Shown: positions 60,886 to 64,000 of the stretch, one piece after another
How the letters are laid out: each line of letters opens with the position of its first letter
Numbering within the stretch: position 1 is the first letter of the stretch
Origin: an uncultured Methanomassiliicoccales archaeon
GTDB taxonomy: Archaea > Thermoplasmatota > Thermoplasmata > Methanomassiliicoccales > UBA472
Direction of reading: 5' to 3'
Assembly (NCBI GenBank): GCA_963695345.1
Contig: OY968769.1
Coordinates: 640,001-704,000 of the forward strand
DNA: 64,000 nucleotides
Position numbers and translations under genes: made by a program
Notes under the pieces: model-generated
Databases searched by the model: none
Seen by the model: only the letters and a program-made list of their open reading frames with translations
What the model was told of the DNA's origin: nothing

Positions 60886-63714
60886 CTAAACTGTTCTAAT
60901 TCCAGTATGGGGTGCCTCAATGATGAAGTGGGCGCCTTTCCCTGGTTCCCCTCCCTCCCTTATCCCGATGTTCGTCATGGATAAGATCTCGTGACAGAGG
61001 AACAGTCCGAGCCCATGTGCCCTATCGTAGCTCTTCATGAACAATTGTTCCTTTAGGTTCGATGGAATGCCGACACCGTCATCCGTCATTTCAACGGAAA
61101 TGACCCCATCTCTTTCCTGGATGTAGAAGCGTATGGTGGCCACCTTGCCTCCGTGCCGCATCGAATTATCCATAAGGTTCAGGAACACCTTTTCGATCAT
61201 GGGATCGGCGAACAGTTCAGTCCCGGCCGGGACTTCGTTCAGCAATCTAACGTCTTTCAGATTGAGCTCTTCAGCGCACCGATCGATCAATCCCCTTATG
61301 TCGTGCCAGATCGGAGAAAGGACACCTATCTCCTCGTAGGCCTTGGTAAATTCCACCATCGATGAGATCCGTTCCGCGGCAGCCTCCGCCCTCTCCAGAT
61401 TCTCCTGGTTTGAGGGACATATCGAGTCCTCCATGAGCAACAGGTGGCCTCTCAAGGTCATCAATTGGTTCCTGATGTCGTGCCTGGTGATGCTGTTCAT
61501 CACCCTCAGCTTATTGTTCGCCTCGCTCAACCTCTGCTCAAGGCGGTTGCGCACAGTCAAGTTCCTGCCTATAAAGACCAATCCGGTCGGCCTTCCTTCG
61601 GGGTCCCGCAACACATCCCCGTTTGCCTCGAACGGGACCGATTGACCGTTCTTCATGACCAGATGGTATGTGGCAACGGGTGCTGCTCCGCCCATGATCA
61701 TTGATTGGAAGTTGATTGCCGCTTTGTTACGGTCCTCAATGGCGATGAACGAGAATATGGATTGCCCGACGACTTCCTCATTCCCATAGCCACTTTCTCT
61801 CAGTGTCGGTTTGTTTACCAGAACAATTGTTCCCTTCAGGTCCGTCAAGATAACGAAATCTGGTACTGTCGACAGAAGCTTGGAGTGCAGCTCCTCGCTT
61901 CTTTTGAGCGACTCTTCGACCTCTATGTTCCTCTCCTTTGTCCGGAGACTGATGACGCCAACCGAGAGATCTCCTGCCAACTCCTCCAGCAGTTCCACCT
62001 CCTCAGCGCTGAAAACCTCAAGCTGGTCGGTGTACATCATTAGTGCTCCGAACGCCTTCCCCGAGTCGAGCAGGGGAATGGCGATCAATGAACGGTAGCC
62101 GTTCTTCTTGGCGAATTCCTTCCAAGGACCAGTCCGTCCATCGTTCGTGAGGTCATTGATGAATACGGTCTGTCCAGTTCTGATCGCAATTCCGATTGGG
62201 CAGAATGTTCGCCCATCTTCGGCCCATGTGACGTTCGTTTGTGTTATATAACCCTCATCATGACCGCTCCATGCCACCGGACGGACGGTCCTGTTCTCGT
62301 CCTGCTCGGCCATGCCTATCCAGGCAATACGGTAACCGGCCACATCGCAGGCGATACGACAGACCTCGTCCAGAAGTTCCTGTTCGGTGAGTGCCTTGAC
62401 CAACACCCGATCGCATTCCTTGATGGCTAGAAGCTCCCGGTTCAGCCTTCTCGTTCTGGTCTCAAGGGATTTGAGCTCCGAAATGTCAGTACCGACACCC
62501 ATCAGATAAGTGCGTTCCTTTGTATTGAATCGCTTTCCGGTAAGCAGAAAGGACATCTCCCTGCCGTCTTTCATAACCAATGGAGCTTCGATGCTCGCTT
62601 GTCCGCTCTCCATGCAAGCATCGATGGCTGTCAGGACAGTATTGGCGTCCTCTTTCCGGAACCAATCGAGGGCATGCCTGCTAAGCATCTCCTCATCGGA
62701 ATATCCGCTAATTTCCTGATGATTCCTGTTCCATCGCACCAGGCGCAGGGTTTGAATGTCATACAGATAGAAGATGCCAGGAAGGCTTTCGGAAAGGGAT
62801 TCCGTGAATGCGGTCGCCTTCTTTAATTCTTCACTCCCCTGAAGGATGGCGTTCAACTGTGAACGCATCTCCCCCTCAGCCGCCACCAGCTGCTCATTGA
62901 TCGACTGGAGCTCTTCACTGTTTCTTCTTTTCAATTCCTCATTGACTCGACGTTCTGTTATGTCGCGGATGACGAATATCATCCTCTTTGGATTTCCGTC
63001 GACTCCCCTGACGAGGTCAGCGTTCACCTCTATCTCGAGTTCGCTCCCATCGTACCGCGACACCTTGTATTCTTCTGGCCCCTTGAATATCCCTTGTAAC
63101 ATCCCGCCGACGTTGGCCATTGCGCGTCCTCTGTCTCCCGGGAACAGGAACTCGAATATGATCCGGCCCACTAGCATTTCTTCGCTTGTATGCCTGAACA
63201 TCGAGATCATCCTTGGAGAGACCAGTTCGATTTGTCCCCCAAGGTCCGTGATAACGATGCCATCGGGGGAAGCGGACAGGATCGAACGGTATTTCATCTC
63301 ACTGTCACCCAGCGCTTCCTCTGCCCGGTTGCGGCGAACAAGCTCCTTCACCTTGTGATGCAGCAGACGGAATTGGGCTACGACATCCACGCCCTTCTGG
63401 AGGTATGCGTCGGCTCCGTTGTTCAAAGCCTCAATGACAACTTCTTCCCTGCCGCGACCGGTGAAAAGAATGAAGGGCGTCCTGTCTCCGCCCCCCCGTA
63501 ACGATTTTAGGAATTGAATGCCATCCTCGCCAGGCATCTGGTAGTCAGAAATGATGGCGTCGATATGTTCTTCGGCCAACCTTGTCCTGGCTTCTGCCAC
63601 GCTGTTGACACATTCGACCGTTTGCTCGCCCGAACTCTCCAAGAACTCTTTAGTCAGTTCCAAAAGTGCCGGTTCGTCATCGACCATTAGGATTCGGGCA
63701 TGGGTTGATGGCAT
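60886..63714 (-). CDS. Hybrid sensor kinase: REC, PAS, PAS, GAF, PAS, HisKA/HATPase
   Basis: ILMVDDE...SDYQMP; GAF (YRIAWIG...YRSLIAIPL...FSAEEVELLEELAGD); ITRHDIRNQL; NLMDNSMRHG; DDGVG; GLGL. Confidence 0.92.
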   Translation of the reverse strand: MPSTHARILMVDDEPALLELTKEFLESSGEQTVECVNSVAEARTRLAEEHIDAIISDYQMPGEDGIQFLKSLRGGGDRTPFILFTGRGREEVVIEALNNGADAYLQKGVDVVAQFRLLHHKVKELVRRNRAEEALGDSEMKYRSILSASPDGIVITDLGGQIELVSPRMISMFRHTSEEMLVGRIIFEFLFPGDRGRAMANVGGMLQGIFKGPEEYKVSRYDGSELEIEVNADLVRGVDGNPKRMIFVIRDITERRVNEELKRRNSEELQSINEQLVAAEGEMRSQLNAILQGSEELKKATAFTESLSESLPGIFYLYDIQTLRLVRWNRNHQEISGYSDEEMLSRHALDWFRKEDANTVLTAIDACMESGQASIEAPLVMKDGREMSFLLTGKRFNTKERTYLMGVGTDISELKSLETRTRRLNRELLAIKECDRVLVKALTEQELLDEVCRIACDVAGYRIAWIGMAEQDENRTVRPVAWSGHDEGYITQTNVTWAEDGRTFCPIGIAIRTGQTVFINDLTNDGRTGPWKEFAKKNGYRSLIAIPLLDSGKAFGALMMYTDQLEVFSAEEVELLEELAGDLSVGVISLRTKERNIEVEESLKRSEELHSKLLSTVPDFVILTDLKGTIVLVNKPTLRESGYGNEEVVGQSIFSFIAIEDRNKAAINFQSMIMGGAAPVATYHLVMKNGQSVPFEANGDVLRDPEGRPTGLVFIGRNLTVRNRLEQRLSEANNKLRVMNSITRHDIRNQLMTLRGHLLLMEDSICPSNQENLERAEAAAERISSMVEFTKAYEEIGVLSPIWHDIRGLIDRCAEELNLKDVRLLNEVPAGTELFADPMIEKVFLNLMDNSMRHGGKVATIRFYIQERDGVISVEMTDDGVGIPSNLKEQLFMKSYDRAHGLGLFLCHEILSMTNIGIREGGEPGKGAHFIIEAPHTGIRTV

Positions 63715-64000
63715 TGAGTGCAACAATCAAACAATTGTCCAATATTAAAAACCAACTCAGTGAAATTCAATCTCGCGACCTTCCTTTGACCTATGAGGAA
63801 TTCGCACATCACAATGGACCAGACGTCCCGGGATGAATGCCAACATCGCCCATGCACATGCAATCGGACAGTTGGTAGAAGCGATAAATGCCGATGGTTT
63901 CTTGAGGGGCGTCGGCAGTTCCTGACATTTTCATTCTTCCGAAGCAATGTTCTTGACAAATATAATAACCAATAAAATCCGCGACGCAGAGTACTTCATC

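Overview
Chromosomal segment of a Thermoplasmatota archaeon. The 16S sequence and the hdrA-mvhDGA gene set point to Methanomassiliicoccales, most like Methanomassiliicoccus. In order, the window holds: the 5' ~1.2 kb of a minus-strand 16S rRNA gene with tandem promoters; a ferric-reductase/CBS region with a decayed CBS paralog; tRNA-Ser(GCT); a beta-propeller/FN3 surface protein; a REC-PAS-histidine kinase (a second one ends the window); housekeeping genes (eIF2-beta, presenilin-like protease, rps8e, srp19, nnr, metallophosphoesterases); the electron-bifurcating hdrA-mvhD-mvhG-mvhA operon; a RING/zinc-ribbon protein and ftsZ; the proteasome/exosome superoperon; tyrS, glnA, a geranylgeranyl-reductase-like gene and an NADH oxidase; a full archaellum locus (4 x arlB, arlC/D-E, F, G, H, I, J); ppa, a CPA2 antiporter, sec61beta, class I lysS and top6AB. 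Many essential genes carry small indels, which indicates an unpolished long-read assembly rather than real pseudogenes. The most interesting signal is the archaellin array. Each of the four archaellin genes has its own unit: a conserved palindrome (TATCA-N4-TGATA-like) 13-14 nt upstream of a TATA box, a conserved ~105-110 nt structured 5' leader containing an SD-preceded 'MSAR' uORF that runs into the archaellin SD (amber-terminated in two copies, possibly three), and a terminator-like hairpin. Patchwork nucleotide identity among the copies suggests gene conversion. Long structured leaders also precede hdrA and glnA. All RNA structures were found by eye and need computational confirmation.
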